Below, one piece after another: positions 37,451-47,101 of a DNA stretch of 64,000 nucleotides (positions are counted from its first letter, which is position 1; the number at the start of each line of letters is the position of its first letter). The DNA lies in IMG/VR virus record IMGVR_UViG_2693429713_000009. One strand, given 5' to 3'. The notes below the pieces were generated by a model that searched no databases, had not been told where the DNA came from, and saw only the letters and a program-made list of their open reading frames with translations. This DNA comes from a virus. Its lineage: Duplodnaviria; Heunggongvirae; Uroviricota; Caudoviricetes. The translations under genes and the position numbers were made by a program.

Positions 37451-37795
37451 TCAATCAGGTAGAGAGTCAGCTAGATTGCGCGCCGACGCGCTTTTGGCAA
37501 CAAATTGCTCCTTCACTGGCTCAATGGAGGCAGGGCGCTCCTCAACCGCAGCTGGTAGTTCCAGGAAGGATGCCAGCATTTTTCGGATCAGCTCCGGGTT
37601 ATTGTCTTCGGTCAGCAGGGAAGCCAGTAATCCTGGAAGCCTGCTATCGACTTCTCCCAGCGCAAGCCCTGCCAACAATGCAGTTCTTGCCATATCGCTA
37701 TGTTTTTTTATCTTCTCGCTCGCCGCCTTTTCATTGGCATAAGCCTCTGGGCGAAGATAAATCATCACTTTCTTACGTTCCTGAGACATGGACAT
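37451..37795 (-). CDS. parR: ParR-like centromere-binding protein (type II partition)
   Basis: 114 aa; RTALLAGLAL block resembles R1 ParR; directly downstream of parM. Confidence 0.55.
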   Translation of the reverse strand: MSMSQERKKVMIYLRPEAYANEKAASEKIKKHSDMARTALLAGLALGEVDSRLPGLLASLLTEDNNPELIRKMLASFLELPAAVEERPASIEPVKEQFVAKSASARNLADSLPD

Positions 37796-37801
37796 ACCTC
37801 G

Positions 37802-38758
37802 TTAACCGATTGCTTTCAGGCCATGAACAAGAGCAAGTTGCGGGTCATCCGCCACGAAGAAACGGTCATCACGAATATTAACTTGCTCGCGAATTGCATC
37901 TGCCACCAGCGGTGCGCCACCACCGATCACCATGACATGCGTATATCCTTTAAAGTCGCCAATCACATCAAGAACGCGGGTACGCAGACGGTCAATGCTT
38001 GCGGCAATGGCCTTTTTCACATCACCAATCGCTGATGGGTCATTGATATTGTCGTTCAGATAATCTTCATCGTGGCGGTTAATAATGAGCTGATCAACAT
38101 TGTAATTTGACGTTTCGGTATTGGCCCTTGCAAGTGCTTGCCTTACTTCCCTGGTGACCAGTGATACACCAAGATTCGAATCGCCAAAAACACGGGAAAC
38201 TGCCGTCATTTGTCCAGCGACCATTGAAACATCAAGGGTAGTTCCACCCAAATCGACGATAAGAACAGAGTGGGCAGGGTTCAGATTGTCGCACAGGCTA
38301 ATTCCCGCCGGGATAGACTCCGGGCGTACCGTAACTTTCTTAATAGTGAATACATTGCCTTTATTCAGCGTGACGGGGCGCATAAGACTGGCTTTCTTGC
38401 GCTCGATGTTATCGAGATTGTATTGCGCGTCGTCGTCGTAAAACTCTGCCAGAGGCAGCGTGACCACAATTTCTACTTCCTGCGGCTCAATACCGCTTGT
38501 CAGCAGGGCATGGTGAACAGCCAGGACGTTAAGCGGGCTGTATTGCCATTCCACATTATTCGTCGGCAGAACATCTGGCGATATCAAGTCGTATGAATAC
38601 TTTTCGTCGTCAATGACATAGTTAAACGGCTTGCCCGCACCAAATGTTGCTGACCATCCGCGCTTAAAGCTGTTAGGGCTGATGTGAGTGCGAGTTTCCC
38701 CGTCGTGCTCCCACAGCATTTTGATATTGGTTGAACCATCATCGATAAAAATGCGCAT
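37802..38758 (-). CDS. parM: ParM/StbA actin-like partition ATPase (type II)
   Basis: 318 aa from ATG 38758; MRIFIDDGSTNIK…, AVHHALLTSG, DLGGTTLD, HVMVIGGGA alignable with R1 ParM. Confidence 0.8.
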   Translation of the reverse strand: MRIFIDDGSTNIKMLWEHDGETRTHISPNSFKRGWSATFGAGKPFNYVIDDEKYSYDLISPDVLPTNNVEWQYSPLNVLAVHHALLTSGIEPQEVEIVVTLPLAEFYDDDAQYNLDNIERKKASLMRPVTLNKGNVFTIKKVTVRPESIPAGISLCDNLNPAHSVLIVDLGGTTLDVSMVAGQMTAVSRVFGDSNLGVSLVTREVRQALARANTETSNYNVDQLIINRHDEDYLNDNINDPSAIGDVKKAIAASIDRLRTRVLDVIGDFKGYTHVMVIGGGAPLVADAIREQVNIRDDRFFVADDPQLALVHGLKAIG

Positions 38759-38783
38759 CTTCTTGCTCCACTTCTGAGACACA

Positions 38784-38940
38784 TTTGAGAATTAAAATGT
38801 AATTTTAAAAGAGAAGCACCCAAAAATCCACACCAAACGAGATAAAAAAGAGCGCTTGTTGAGTTTATTTTGAGAATATCTTAATCACCCACTGAATGAT
38901 GGTCTGATAGTGAGATTTATTTGAGAATGAATTGAGAATA
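38784..38940. repeat. parC-like centromere/promoter repeats (TTTGAGAAT iterated)
   Basis: Copies at about 38784, 38868, 38920 and 38932 upstream of parM. Confidence 0.4.
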
Positions 38941-39024
38941 CAAAAATATTCCGAAATTTAACTCTCCGTTTGAATGACGAAATAACAAAGTGATGACAAT
39001 AGGAGGATAACCAGGAGGTGAAGA

Positions 39025-39309
39025 ATGAGCGCAATAGCCACCAGCGACACCCTTTGTTCTGGTCACGGAGGATTTCCGCCGCGACTGGTAGCAGAAACCG
39101 TTCCCTGGTTCACCGTTAACGGTAAGCCAGTTGTTGTAGATGGTGCCATGTTTCCCAGTCACACTGACGGTAACAGTGCACATCCAGGGGCAGCTGTATC
39201 GACGCGAGTATGGTTTTCGATAGGTGGAAAGGGAGTTGTCTGTGTAGGCGATCCGCTTTCTTGTGGTTCTGTTATCGCCAACGGCGAGGATATTTTTCAG
39301 GTTGCATAA
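39025..39309 (+). CDS. PAAR-like small protein (possible spike-tip protein)
   Basis: 94 aa; …CSGHGG…VNGKPVVVDGA…SIGGKGVVCVGDPLSCGSV… resembles PAAR repeats; AGGAGG SD. Confidence 0.35.
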   Translation: MSAIATSDTLCSGHGGFPPRLVAETVPWFTVNGKPVVVDGAMFPSHTDGNSAHPGAAVSTRVWFSIGGKGVVCVGDPLSCGSVIANGEDIFQVA

Positions 39310-40115
39310 TGCTTGATTCAATAGGTGAAGTTAAAGCCTTCAAAATTCTGTCAGATGCCGGTATCTCTACACCAGAATCTATAACCATAAGCCGGGCAGC
39401 TTCTGTAAAAGCCTCATCACTCGCCAGCGCCATACAGGGAATAGTTCACGCCGATAAAACCTATCCTGATTCTGTTTCGGCCTGGACTACTCAATTGCTT
39501 GGCTTTTCTGAACAGCTCAATGAGGCCAGCAAAGCGTCTTCATTACTGGCTGATTCTCTTTCCCCATACACCAAGCCATCAGAGCTGTTACAGATGAAGA
39601 TTGGCTGGGAATGCTACGCAAAAGGTAACGAACTGACCCCCATACCTGCTTTCGCCCTTGTTGAGGGAATGGGGAATGTTTCCATTCCGCAATCTCTAAC
39701 GGACGCATTGACGGCGCTAAAACTTGATGCTCTGAAAACCGCCATGAACGCCATTAACGCAAAAATTGAAGCTGCCGGAAGTGCTGGTGGTGGTGAAAGC
39801 AATGGTGGACAGGGTGGTGCTGGGGGCGCTCAGGCTCCAGTCATTACTCAGGATGAAATTGATGCTTTACGGGAAGCAGTGACAGCCGCCGAAGTTTTAC
39901 TCTCCGAAATTAACTCAGCAAGTGAGGGTGTCGTAGCCCTTACAGGTCGCATTAAAACGTCAACCACTCAGGCAACCAAAGGTTTAGAGAACGCTGTCGC
40001 CATCACGTTAACTGGTTCTCTACTGGATGATGCAGTAATGAGTCCGGCAATCAGTTTAATCATGCCACAAGGCGTTATCGATGCGCTCCAAAAGAACACC
40101 AAAAAGGAACCATAG
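39309..40115 (+). CDS. hypothetical protein (Ala/Ser/Thr-rich with Gly-rich linker)
   Basis: 268 aa from ATG 39309 (TAATG overlap with PAAR-like gene). Confidence 0.5.
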   Translation: MLDSIGEVKAFKILSDAGISTPESITISRAASVKASSLASAIQGIVHADKTYPDSVSAWTTQLLGFSEQLNEASKASSLLADSLSPYTKPSELLQMKIGWECYAKGNELTPIPAFALVEGMGNVSIPQSLTDALTALKLDALKTAMNAINAKIEAAGSAGGGESNGGQGGAGGAQAPVITQDEIDALREAVTAAEVLLSEINSASEGVVALTGRIKTSTTQATKGLENAVAITLTGSLLDDAVMSPAISLIMPQGVIDALQKNTKKEP

Positions 40116-40170
40116 AAACACCACTTAGGCACACAAAAGGATGTAAATTGGTACATGTTTAACACCAAAA

Positions 40171-40644
40171 ATGAACCTGAAGAGGATGGTTTTGAAAAAG
40201 ATAATTTTGATTGTTATTGCGCTTTTAGCCATTTCTGGAATTTACCGAACAACAACGGCAGTTATCGAACACATCAGGTATGTCCGATCGCTTGAAGACT
40301 CAAAATCACAACTGGAAAGCACGAACAACACGCTTTCTACCGCATTACAGTTAAGTGAGAACGCTCGCTCAGCCATGCTGACCGAAAACGAAAGAATTAA
40401 AGCACTGGAAAAGGAGTACCAGCGCAAAACAGCAGAACTGAATGCCAACCTAATCAAACAACGAGAGGAAAGCCAGAATGAAATCACTCGCCTTGAAAAT
40501 GCGTTACGCCGTGCTGGGATTAACGATGTGCGTGTGCCTGATGACGTTATCAGGATGCAGCGGGAACGGGCAAAAGCCATCAACCAGCGTGCCAGTGAAA
40601 ATTACCGTAGAAGCCACCAGCAAGCCGCAGGCAAATCTGATTGA
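40171..40644 (+). CDS. Rz-like inner-membrane spanin candidate
   Basis: 157 aa; N-terminal TM helix (KIILIVIALLAISGIY) then coiled coil; a lipoprotein ORF is nested in the +1 frame. Confidence 0.5.
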   Translation: MNLKRMVLKKIILIVIALLAISGIYRTTTAVIEHIRYVRSLEDSKSQLESTNNTLSTALQLSENARSAMLTENERIKALEKEYQRKTAELNANLIKQREESQNEITRLENALRRAGINDVRVPDDVIRMQRERAKAINQRASENYRRSHQQAAGKSD

Positions 40645-40810
40645 TTACTCCCCTTGTTTAGTGCCAGAGGACACGCCAGTGCTGTTAAACAAGTATCCGA
40701 CATACGCTGAACAGTTATTCAGCACGATCGACGAATGCAACCAACGAAACGCACTGAATAACCAAAGAAACAGGGAGATTTGGGAAGGGAAGGGGGATCA
40801 AGGCTCCTGA
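40478..40810 (+). CDS. Rz1-like outer-membrane lipoprotein spanin candidate (overlapped architecture)
   Basis: 110 aa in alternate frame starting inside the Rz-like gene; signal peptide with lipobox LSGC; Pro-containing mature part. Confidence 0.45.
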   Translation: MKSLALKMRYAVLGLTMCVCLMTLSGCSGNGQKPSTSVPVKITVEATSKPQANLIDYSPCLVPEDTPVLLNKYPTYAEQLFSTIDECNQRNALNNQRNREIWEGKGDQGS

Positions 40811-41256
40811 AGCCAGATGTCCTGGCTGTCAGCTTCTTCGAAACCGTGACAGACGTTAAAGTCACTCAAGCGATACTGACGCTGACGGCCTCTATTTCGC
40901 TCATGCCAATGCATATATCCACCAGCAAATGCCAGCGGACAATCACTATAGTCTATGTAACCAATACCATTCCCCAAACGTGCTTCGCGCGCACCGGCTT
41001 TCCAGGACAGTAGAAAAGAGTCACGATCCGCCAGCATAACAACAAAATCGTCCGGATCTCCGATACAGTGAAGAATACCTGCCTTACATAACTGCTTGAG
41101 CGCTTTGGACTGGCTCAGGATGTCTTCTCCGTAATACTGAAAACAATCATCAACAACAGCGGGATAGCCTGCCGGGGGATTCAGGCTGGTTGGTATAGCT
41201 GACGCGATCGCCAGCATTAAGCGATATTGTGTTTTTGATGGGTTAACGTGACTCAT
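40798..41256 (-). CDS. hypothetical protein
   Basis: 152 aa ORF. Confidence 0.45.
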   Translation of the reverse strand: MSHVNPSKTQYRLMLAIASAIPTSLNPPAGYPAVVDDCFQYYGEDILSQSKALKQLCKAGILHCIGDPDDFVVMLADRDSFLLSWKAGAREARLGNGIGYIDYSDCPLAFAGGYMHWHERNRGRQRQYRLSDFNVCHGFEEADSQDIWLQEP

Positions 41257-41272
41257 TTTGTCCCTTGTTTAC

Positions 41273-41665
41273 TCATTGTCGCCATGCATTTTTTAACTCA
41301 GGAATATCTGCCATTTCAATTAACTTGCGAAGTCCAGCACTGACTTTCCCATTGCCAACCATAGCAAGCCAATCTCTTACAGCTTTCGGCATGTAGAGCG
41401 TTGCAGTTACCGGCTCTTCAACCCTGGCAGGACATCCGCATACAGGCCATTTAATTGATTCCATAACTTCGGATGCCGGGGTGAGGGCGGGGACATTGAG
41501 TATATCTCTACCAGAAAACTGGATAACGATCCGTTCAGCGAGCGAGAGTATCTCACTTTCGGCAAGAATTGATGCCAACTGCGCCTCAACAAGAAAGCGA
41601 CTTGTTGTGTTCAGAGAGTGGCTCTTAGCGCCATTTTTATACGAAACAAAGATTCGATACGCCAT
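41273..41665 (-). CDS. hypothetical protein
   Basis: 130 aa ORF; operator-like site G lies 14 bp upstream of its start. Confidence 0.45.
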   Translation of the reverse strand: MAYRIFVSYKNGAKSHSLNTTSRFLVEAQLASILAESEILSLAERIVIQFSGRDILNVPALTPASEVMESIKWPVCGCPARVEEPVTATLYMPKAVRDWLAMVGNGKVSAGLRKLIEMADIPELKNAWRQ

Positions 41666-41678
41666 AACTCTAATGATT

Positions 41679-41697
41679 TGTGTTAGAAAACTAAAAT
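41679..41697 (+). promoter_or_regulatory. operator-like motif, site G (TGTGTTAGAAAACTAAAAT)
   Basis: Divergent region between the 41665 operon and the putative head gene. Confidence 0.4.
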
Positions 41698-41823
41698 TAA
41701 ATCACATAACAACATGCATGTTAATAGATTTTATTTTACTAAACCTATTGACTAAATCACAAAGTAGGTATTGTTAGCCCGTCAAAAGAACCTTCACGCC
41801 GCGCCCGAATTTAGGGCTTAACC

Positions 41824-43521
41824 GTGAATAAAAACATTCAGCCAGCTCGTGATCGCGAGCGCGAGATTATGAATCGGGCGGCAAGCGTCATGGCTATGAC
41901 CGTCGATCCGACCACCGATGCAGCAGGCAACATGATTGCTGACCAGGCAGTAATGATGGAAAACCTGGATAAAGCAATCCAGAAAGTGCCTATGTTTGAA
42001 GGCGTAAATCCAGAGGTCGCTCGTCAGATCACTGGTGGGTGGGCTATGTCTCTGCATGAGTATAAACGTCAACATGGTCATTACCCGGCAAGTGACATCC
42101 TGGCGAACGCACACATGGCTCTTGAACGCCTGATGACTGAATGTGCCAGTGATACCCATGAAGGCACGGGTAAGGCAATGTTTGAGTCTGTCGCGCAATC
42201 AATGCGTAGCTCTGACGGCGTAATGAAAGTTGCTCAATATGCTGCTCTAATTCTGCCTGCCTCTCTGGGCGCTGCTACCAGTGATGCCTGTACTTTTGTT
42301 CCTTGTGATCGTGACGAGTCAAATATTTATGAACTGGTCAACGTAGCAGGCACAAAATTCGGCACCTTCAAACAAGGTGACGAACTGAATATGCAGTCAG
42401 CTGGTGTTTATTCTCAAATGAAGCGCCTGTATACCCTTTCCACTAAAGGGGATGGCAGCACCAAAACCTTCCAGTTCGACATCCAAAATTTTGAGGGACA
42501 ATCCTGCCCGCTTCGCGCTGGTTATAACAAACTGCTGATCAACCGCAAACCGTCCAAAGTTGACGACGGCGATGGCAACCTTTATTTCAATGCTAAAGAC
42601 AGCAAAGGTAATGCTTTCTCAGCGACTGCCAAAGTTGCCTATGACACTGGTGTCATTGACATTACATTTACCCAGGCTCCGCCAGAAGGTACTGAAATTG
42701 CTGTTCAGGTCGAAATTAACATCGAGCGCAATCCAAGCCTGATTCCGGTGATCAACCAGGCTATGCGTAAGTACGAAGTTCGTCCGTCCCAGTACGTAAT
42801 TGCCTCCGAACACACGGTAATGTCCGCATCCGATTTAAGCCGTGAGCACGGCCTTGAATTAGCGGCACTTCAGTTCTCCGCGATGCGTAACTGGATCTCC
42901 CATGAAACCGACATCATGCGTCTGCGCACCCTGGTATTCCATACCGTTTATGGTCGTGAATTTGATGTGGCTCTGCCGGAAGCTCAAAACTATGAGTCCT
43001 GGGTCGGCCTCCTGCGTCACGTAGTAAACGCTCTGTCTCAGGAAATGGCAAATCGTACCCTGACAACGGGTATTCGTGGCGGCTTTGCTGGTGGTGACGC
43101 CGCGAACTTCCTGCGCTCTCTGCCTCCACAGCACTTCCAGATCGCACCAGGTTACGTTCAGTCGCCGTATGTACAGTACATCGGCACCCTGTTTGGCACG
43201 ATTCGTATTTACGAAGTGCCGCAACCTGTCTGTGAGCAATTCCAGGCACAAGGATATGACTTCGGGCTGGATGACATCTTCTTCTATGGGCGTGGCGAAG
43301 GCATCGGTAAAGCCGGTCTGATTGCTGGTGATGCAGTCCCTGCAATCCCTTACGTGCACGAAACCAATCCGTCTCTCGTTAACCGTACCACTCTCTGGGG
43401 CAGTGCCATCAACGAAGTACATCCTCGCAACGGTGAAAACTACTTCACCCGCCTGCGTCTGACTCGTGCCAAAGAAGGTGCTATCGACATGCTGTCAGGC
43501 AAGGTTAACGAAAAAAAGTGA
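41824..43521 (+). CDS. putative major head protein (P1 gp23-like by size/position); start uncertain (GTG 41824 or ATG 41869)
   Basis: 565 aa, about 62 kDa; first gene of a long rightward structural operon; followed by a hairpin and Ig-like small gene. Confidence 0.4.
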   Translation: MNKNIQPARDREREIMNRAASVMAMTVDPTTDAAGNMIADQAVMMENLDKAIQKVPMFEGVNPEVARQITGGWAMSLHEYKRQHGHYPASDILANAHMALERLMTECASDTHEGTGKAMFESVAQSMRSSDGVMKVAQYAALILPASLGAATSDACTFVPCDRDESNIYELVNVAGTKFGTFKQGDELNMQSAGVYSQMKRLYTLSTKGDGSTKTFQFDIQNFEGQSCPLRAGYNKLLINRKPSKVDDGDGNLYFNAKDSKGNAFSATAKVAYDTGVIDITFTQAPPEGTEIAVQVEINIERNPSLIPVINQAMRKYEVRPSQYVIASEHTVMSASDLSREHGLELAALQFSAMRNWISHETDIMRLRTLVFHTVYGREFDVALPEAQNYESWVGLLRHVVNALSQEMANRTLTTGIRGGFAGGDAANFLRSLPPQHFQIAPGYVQSPYVQYIGTLFGTIRIYEVPQPVCEQFQAQGYDFGLDDIFFYGRGEGIGKAGLIAGDAVPAIPYVHETNPSLVNRTTLWGSAINEVHPRNGENYFTRLRLTRAKEGAIDMLSGKVNEKK

Positions 43522-43668
43522 TGGTGGCGAACGTGTCGGTATCACCAACGTCACTTGACGTAGATGAAGGTGAAACTATCGCCGCGAACACTTCAAAGGC
43601 ACAGAAAAAAACAAAGCAGAAGTAAGGCAAAAACACGCCCCTGAATAAGGGGTGTTCAGGAGAAAAGA

Positions 43669-43947
43669 ATGGCAAACATTCAAGTAACTATCTCGCCATC
43701 TGACGCAACAGACAAATCTTTCACTGTTGAGTCCGATCACCCTGAAATTGTCCAGGTTGATGGCACTACATGTACCGCTCTTAAGGCAGGGCAGGCAGTG
43801 CTGACAATCAAAACTAATGACGGCAATAAAACCGCACAGTGCACGGTCACTGTTAGGGAGGCACCTAAAAGCGTAAGCGCCGTCAGTGTTGAACCAACTA
43901 CGAAAGAAGTAACCGTAGGCGACAACTTCACGGTAAGCGAATCCTGA
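43669..43947 (+). CDS. Ig-like (Big_2-type) domain protein, possible decoration protein
   Basis: 92 aa; Ser/Thr/Val-rich beta pattern; AGGAGA SD. Confidence 0.5.
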   Translation: MANIQVTISPSDATDKSFTVESDHPEIVQVDGTTCTALKAGQAVLTIKTNDGNKTAQCTVTVREAPKSVSAVSVEPTTKEVTVGDNFTVSES

Positions 43948-44015
43948 TCAGAGGCTACCCATTAACCGTGGGTAGCCTTGCCTCGTTCTCTCGCTTTAGA
44001 GGATAAGAACACAGC

Positions 44016-45674
44016 ATGAATAAGATTAGTTTTTCGGTAGGGCAGGCAGCTGGCGTTGCTGTAATGGCGGTAAATGCTGACGCTACCCTCACCAATACCA
44101 GCGGTGGCGCATCCGTCTTTGCTGGGCTTGTAATATCGCGTCGTGGCGCACCGGGTAAGGTACTGAAAGTTGACGATACGACTTATCAAAGCGTATTAGG
44201 TTCACCGATTCACCCTCGTCTGGGAGCGGCATTTGAACCATACCGCCACGTGGAGCGTGCAGTAAAAGGCGGCTCCGGATATGTCGTTCGAGTTTGCGCT
44301 AAAGACATGAAGGTGCCGGGTATTTCTGTTTCCGTTGTGGGCAAAGCAAAAGCGGCAAAGGCGAGCAAAGAACTTTCCGTTGAACCTACTGAAACCACAG
44401 TAAATCCAGGTGACACATTAAGCGTTGGTGTTGCTTCAACTGCAACTACTCAATCAGTGACCTTCACACCCAAAGAGACGCCCCAGATTAAAGGTGAAGA
44501 GAAGGCATTATTCTTCATCAAAGATGGTGATGCATCTCAAAATCGCACGTTATCACTAACTCGCGATGATGAAGAAAGCGAACTCTTTACGCTGACGCTG
44601 AAAGAAAAACAAACCGATGGGTCCATTGAAGTGCTGGAAAGCCACCAAGTGTCCTTCAATCCAGAAGGCACTAACGACATGGGCCAACCAGCATGGATTC
44701 CGACACTGCTTGAAAGCCAGTCCACTCGCATTGGTGCCGTGCTGGCAGATAATGCAGAAGCATCCGCTGCTCAACTCATTTTTGAGGATGTAGCTTTTGA
44801 AGGTGGTACTGATGGCGATCTGTCCGAAATTGACACTGAGGACTACCTGGAAGCATTAAAGGTTCTCGAAGCTTCAGAGGTTAATTACACCGCATTGCTG
44901 TCACTGGGCTGTTATGACGCATCCGCCTTAGCCGCAATCAAAAAGCTGGCTGAAGACGTTCGCGTAGACATGTTCTATGACCTGAAGGGCAACCAGACAC
45001 CTGAAAACGCTATTTCAGAAGCGAAAAGCCATAGTTTTGGCGGCTCACATCAACCAAGCCGTTACTACTTCCCGCTCTCCTGCCGAGATACCTTCACTGG
45101 GATGAATGTCGTCTATGGCATTAGTTGCGACGCATTCGTAGCAAAAGCAAAAGGGGTAGCGCTGGTACCGGATGTTGGTGGTTGGCATTACGCACCGGCA
45201 GGTATATCACGCGCGATTATTGATCGACAGAACATTGCCCGAATTCCAAATATCGGTGCAGTTGATCGTGAAGCGTTCGTTCTTGCGCGCATTAATCCGG
45301 TTTCAGTTGCTGCTGATGGGTCCGTTTACATTGACGACTCTTTAACAACTTACAGCAAAAACAACTATCTGCGATTCCAGCATGTGTCTTCCTTGATGAA
45401 CGCCATCGCCAGAGATTTCTATGAAGTAGCTCAGGCGATTAAGCACGAACCGGATGGCATTACCAAAGAAACGCTAATGAAAGCAATGACTGAATTGCTT
45501 GACCGTTACGTTGCAGCCGGTGCGCTGGTTACTCCACGTGACAAGTCCCAGGGCGAAGATCCATATGTTGTTCAGGTTGTCCAAAAGGACATCGATCTGT
45601 GGGAAGTGTCCTGGTCTGTTTGTCCGACCGGTACAGCTCGCCGAATCGTCGGTAAGCCAATTCTGATGCGCTGA
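44016..45674 (+). CDS. putative tail sheath protein (P1 gp22-like by size/position) with N-terminal Ig-like insertion
   Basis: 552 aa; N-terminal Ig-like segment then large globular region; adjacent to putative head gene as 23-22 are in P1 (recalled). Confidence 0.35.
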   Translation: MNKISFSVGQAAGVAVMAVNADATLTNTSGGASVFAGLVISRRGAPGKVLKVDDTTYQSVLGSPIHPRLGAAFEPYRHVERAVKGGSGYVVRVCAKDMKVPGISVSVVGKAKAAKASKELSVEPTETTVNPGDTLSVGVASTATTQSVTFTPKETPQIKGEEKALFFIKDGDASQNRTLSLTRDDEESELFTLTLKEKQTDGSIEVLESHQVSFNPEGTNDMGQPAWIPTLLESQSTRIGAVLADNAEASAAQLIFEDVAFEGGTDGDLSEIDTEDYLEALKVLEASEVNYTALLSLGCYDASALAAIKKLAEDVRVDMFYDLKGNQTPENAISEAKSHSFGGSHQPSRYYFPLSCRDTFTGMNVVYGISCDAFVAKAKGVALVPDVGGWHYAPAGISRAIIDRQNIARIPNIGAVDREAFVLARINPVSVAADGSVYIDDSLTTYSKNNYLRFQHVSSLMNAIARDFYEVAQAIKHEPDGITKETLMKAMTELLDRYVAAGALVTPRDKSQGEDPYVVQVVQKDIDLWEVSWSVCPTGTARRIVGKPILMR

Positions 45675-45718
45675 TTTATAACCCCCCGCTAAATGATGTG
45701 GGGGAGAGAGGTTTGAAT

Positions 45719-46453
45719 ATGAAAAATTATACTGCTGATCCTTTTATGCGTGCGATTTTCGGTTCTGGCTGCTTTGAAAGCGGTGATAAATCCACGCAGG
45801 ACAATAATGATAACGCCATGCTGGAAAGCGCAGGACAGAAAGGAAAGGACACTCAACCAAAGCCCAAAGACGACATTGAAACCGCGATGATGGAAGCGGT
45901 TGAATCCCGTGCACAAGGTGATATGCGCAGCCTGGCAGCGTCCATGCTTGCTGGTTGGGTTGAAGATGGTGATCCGGAGGCTGACTCATTTGATGCATTA
46001 GCAATCACTATGGCTGGCCTGGCTGATATCGATGAAGACACCGATTTCACCGATGAGCAAATCGATGCTTATAACGATGCTCTCGCAGCTCTTGCTGATG
46101 CAGCTGTCGCGCTTGGCGCTGATCAGGACGATGTAACCGAAATGATCGACGATGAAGATGACTCAGCTGCCGAACGTGTTTATGACGCTCTTTCCGAAAG
46201 CGACACCGACATGATGGAAACAGCTATTGCCATTTACACCGTTGCTGGTGGTGATAGCGCAATGCTGGAAGCGGTACGTAAAAAAGTGGTTCGTGATGGC
46301 AAGGTTACCATCATCCGTAAACGCCCGCGTCCTCGCCGCATGACGTCATTGCAAAAACAGGCGCTGAAAAAAGCACGCCGCAAAGCACATACATCCGTAG
46401 CGAATATCAACCGCAAAAAATCAATGCGCATTCGCAAAAAACGCGGTTTGTAA
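45719..46453 (+). CDS. acidic protein with basic C-terminal tail
   Basis: 244 aa from ATG 45719; Asp/Glu-rich body, C-terminal RKRPRPRR…RKKRGL. Confidence 0.45.
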   Translation: MKNYTADPFMRAIFGSGCFESGDKSTQDNNDNAMLESAGQKGKDTQPKPKDDIETAMMEAVESRAQGDMRSLAASMLAGWVEDGDPEADSFDALAITMAGLADIDEDTDFTDEQIDAYNDALAALADAAVALGADQDDVTEMIDDEDDSAAERVYDALSESDTDMMETAIAIYTVAGGDSAMLEAVRKKVVRDGKVTIIRKRPRPRRMTSLQKQALKKARRKAHTSVANINRKKSMRIRKKRGL

Positions 46454-46520
46454 GTGACATAGGCCGCCTGCAAAGGTGGCCTCTACCTAGGAGAAATAGC
46501 GTTTGATTTGCGGCGCGATA

Positions 46521-47093
46521 ATGCCAGACGGAATAAGTCCGTTAATGAAGGTTTATATCCTCTCTTCAGAGGATATGGTCGTCGGTTATATCGGTGAAGG
46601 ATCTACCGCAGAACTGTCATCAATGTGGCAATCACCATTTGAAAACCAGTCAGTAGGAGGTTTACTTGGCGGTATTAGCGCTGCGGCTGGCTCTCTTGCA
46701 GATACACTTCAGACCGCAACCGGCGTAACAACAAAAACCCTCTTCAACTCAATGCTTGTTTGGGAAGGTCAGCAACCGCCTGAATTTAATCTGGTAATTG
46801 ATTTCATGGCGACAACGAACGCGCAACTTGAAGTGAACGCAGCCATTACAGCATTGCTGAAGATGGAATCGCCGGAACTGAACAATGTAGCGCCATTCGG
46901 TCGTCGCCCGGAGACAGTAACGTTAAACATAGGTAGGAACATAGCCCTTACCGACGTTGTTATCAAAAGCGTGAGTTACCAACTGGACGCCCCGCGCACA
47001 CCGGAAGGCTATTTCACTCATAACACGGTAACCCTGCAATGCAGCGGTAATACATCGATCAACCGTAGCAATATCTCATCTGTTTTTGTGTAG
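46521..47093 (+). CDS. virion structural protein candidate (start uncertain)
   Basis: 190 aa; in structural operon. Confidence 0.4.
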   Translation: MPDGISPLMKVYILSSEDMVVGYIGEGSTAELSSMWQSPFENQSVGGLLGGISAAAGSLADTLQTATGVTTKTLFNSMLVWEGQQPPEFNLVIDFMATTNAQLEVNAAITALLKMESPELNNVAPFGRRPETVTLNIGRNIALTDVVIKSVSYQLDAPRTPEGYFTHNTVTLQCSGNTSINRSNISSVFV

Positions 47094-47101
47094 GAGTATT
47101 T

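Noticed and set aside
42859-43422. 187-aa and 143-aa minus-strand ORFs inside the putative head gene
   Set aside because: Antisense to a long, well-embedded structural gene; no independent signals.
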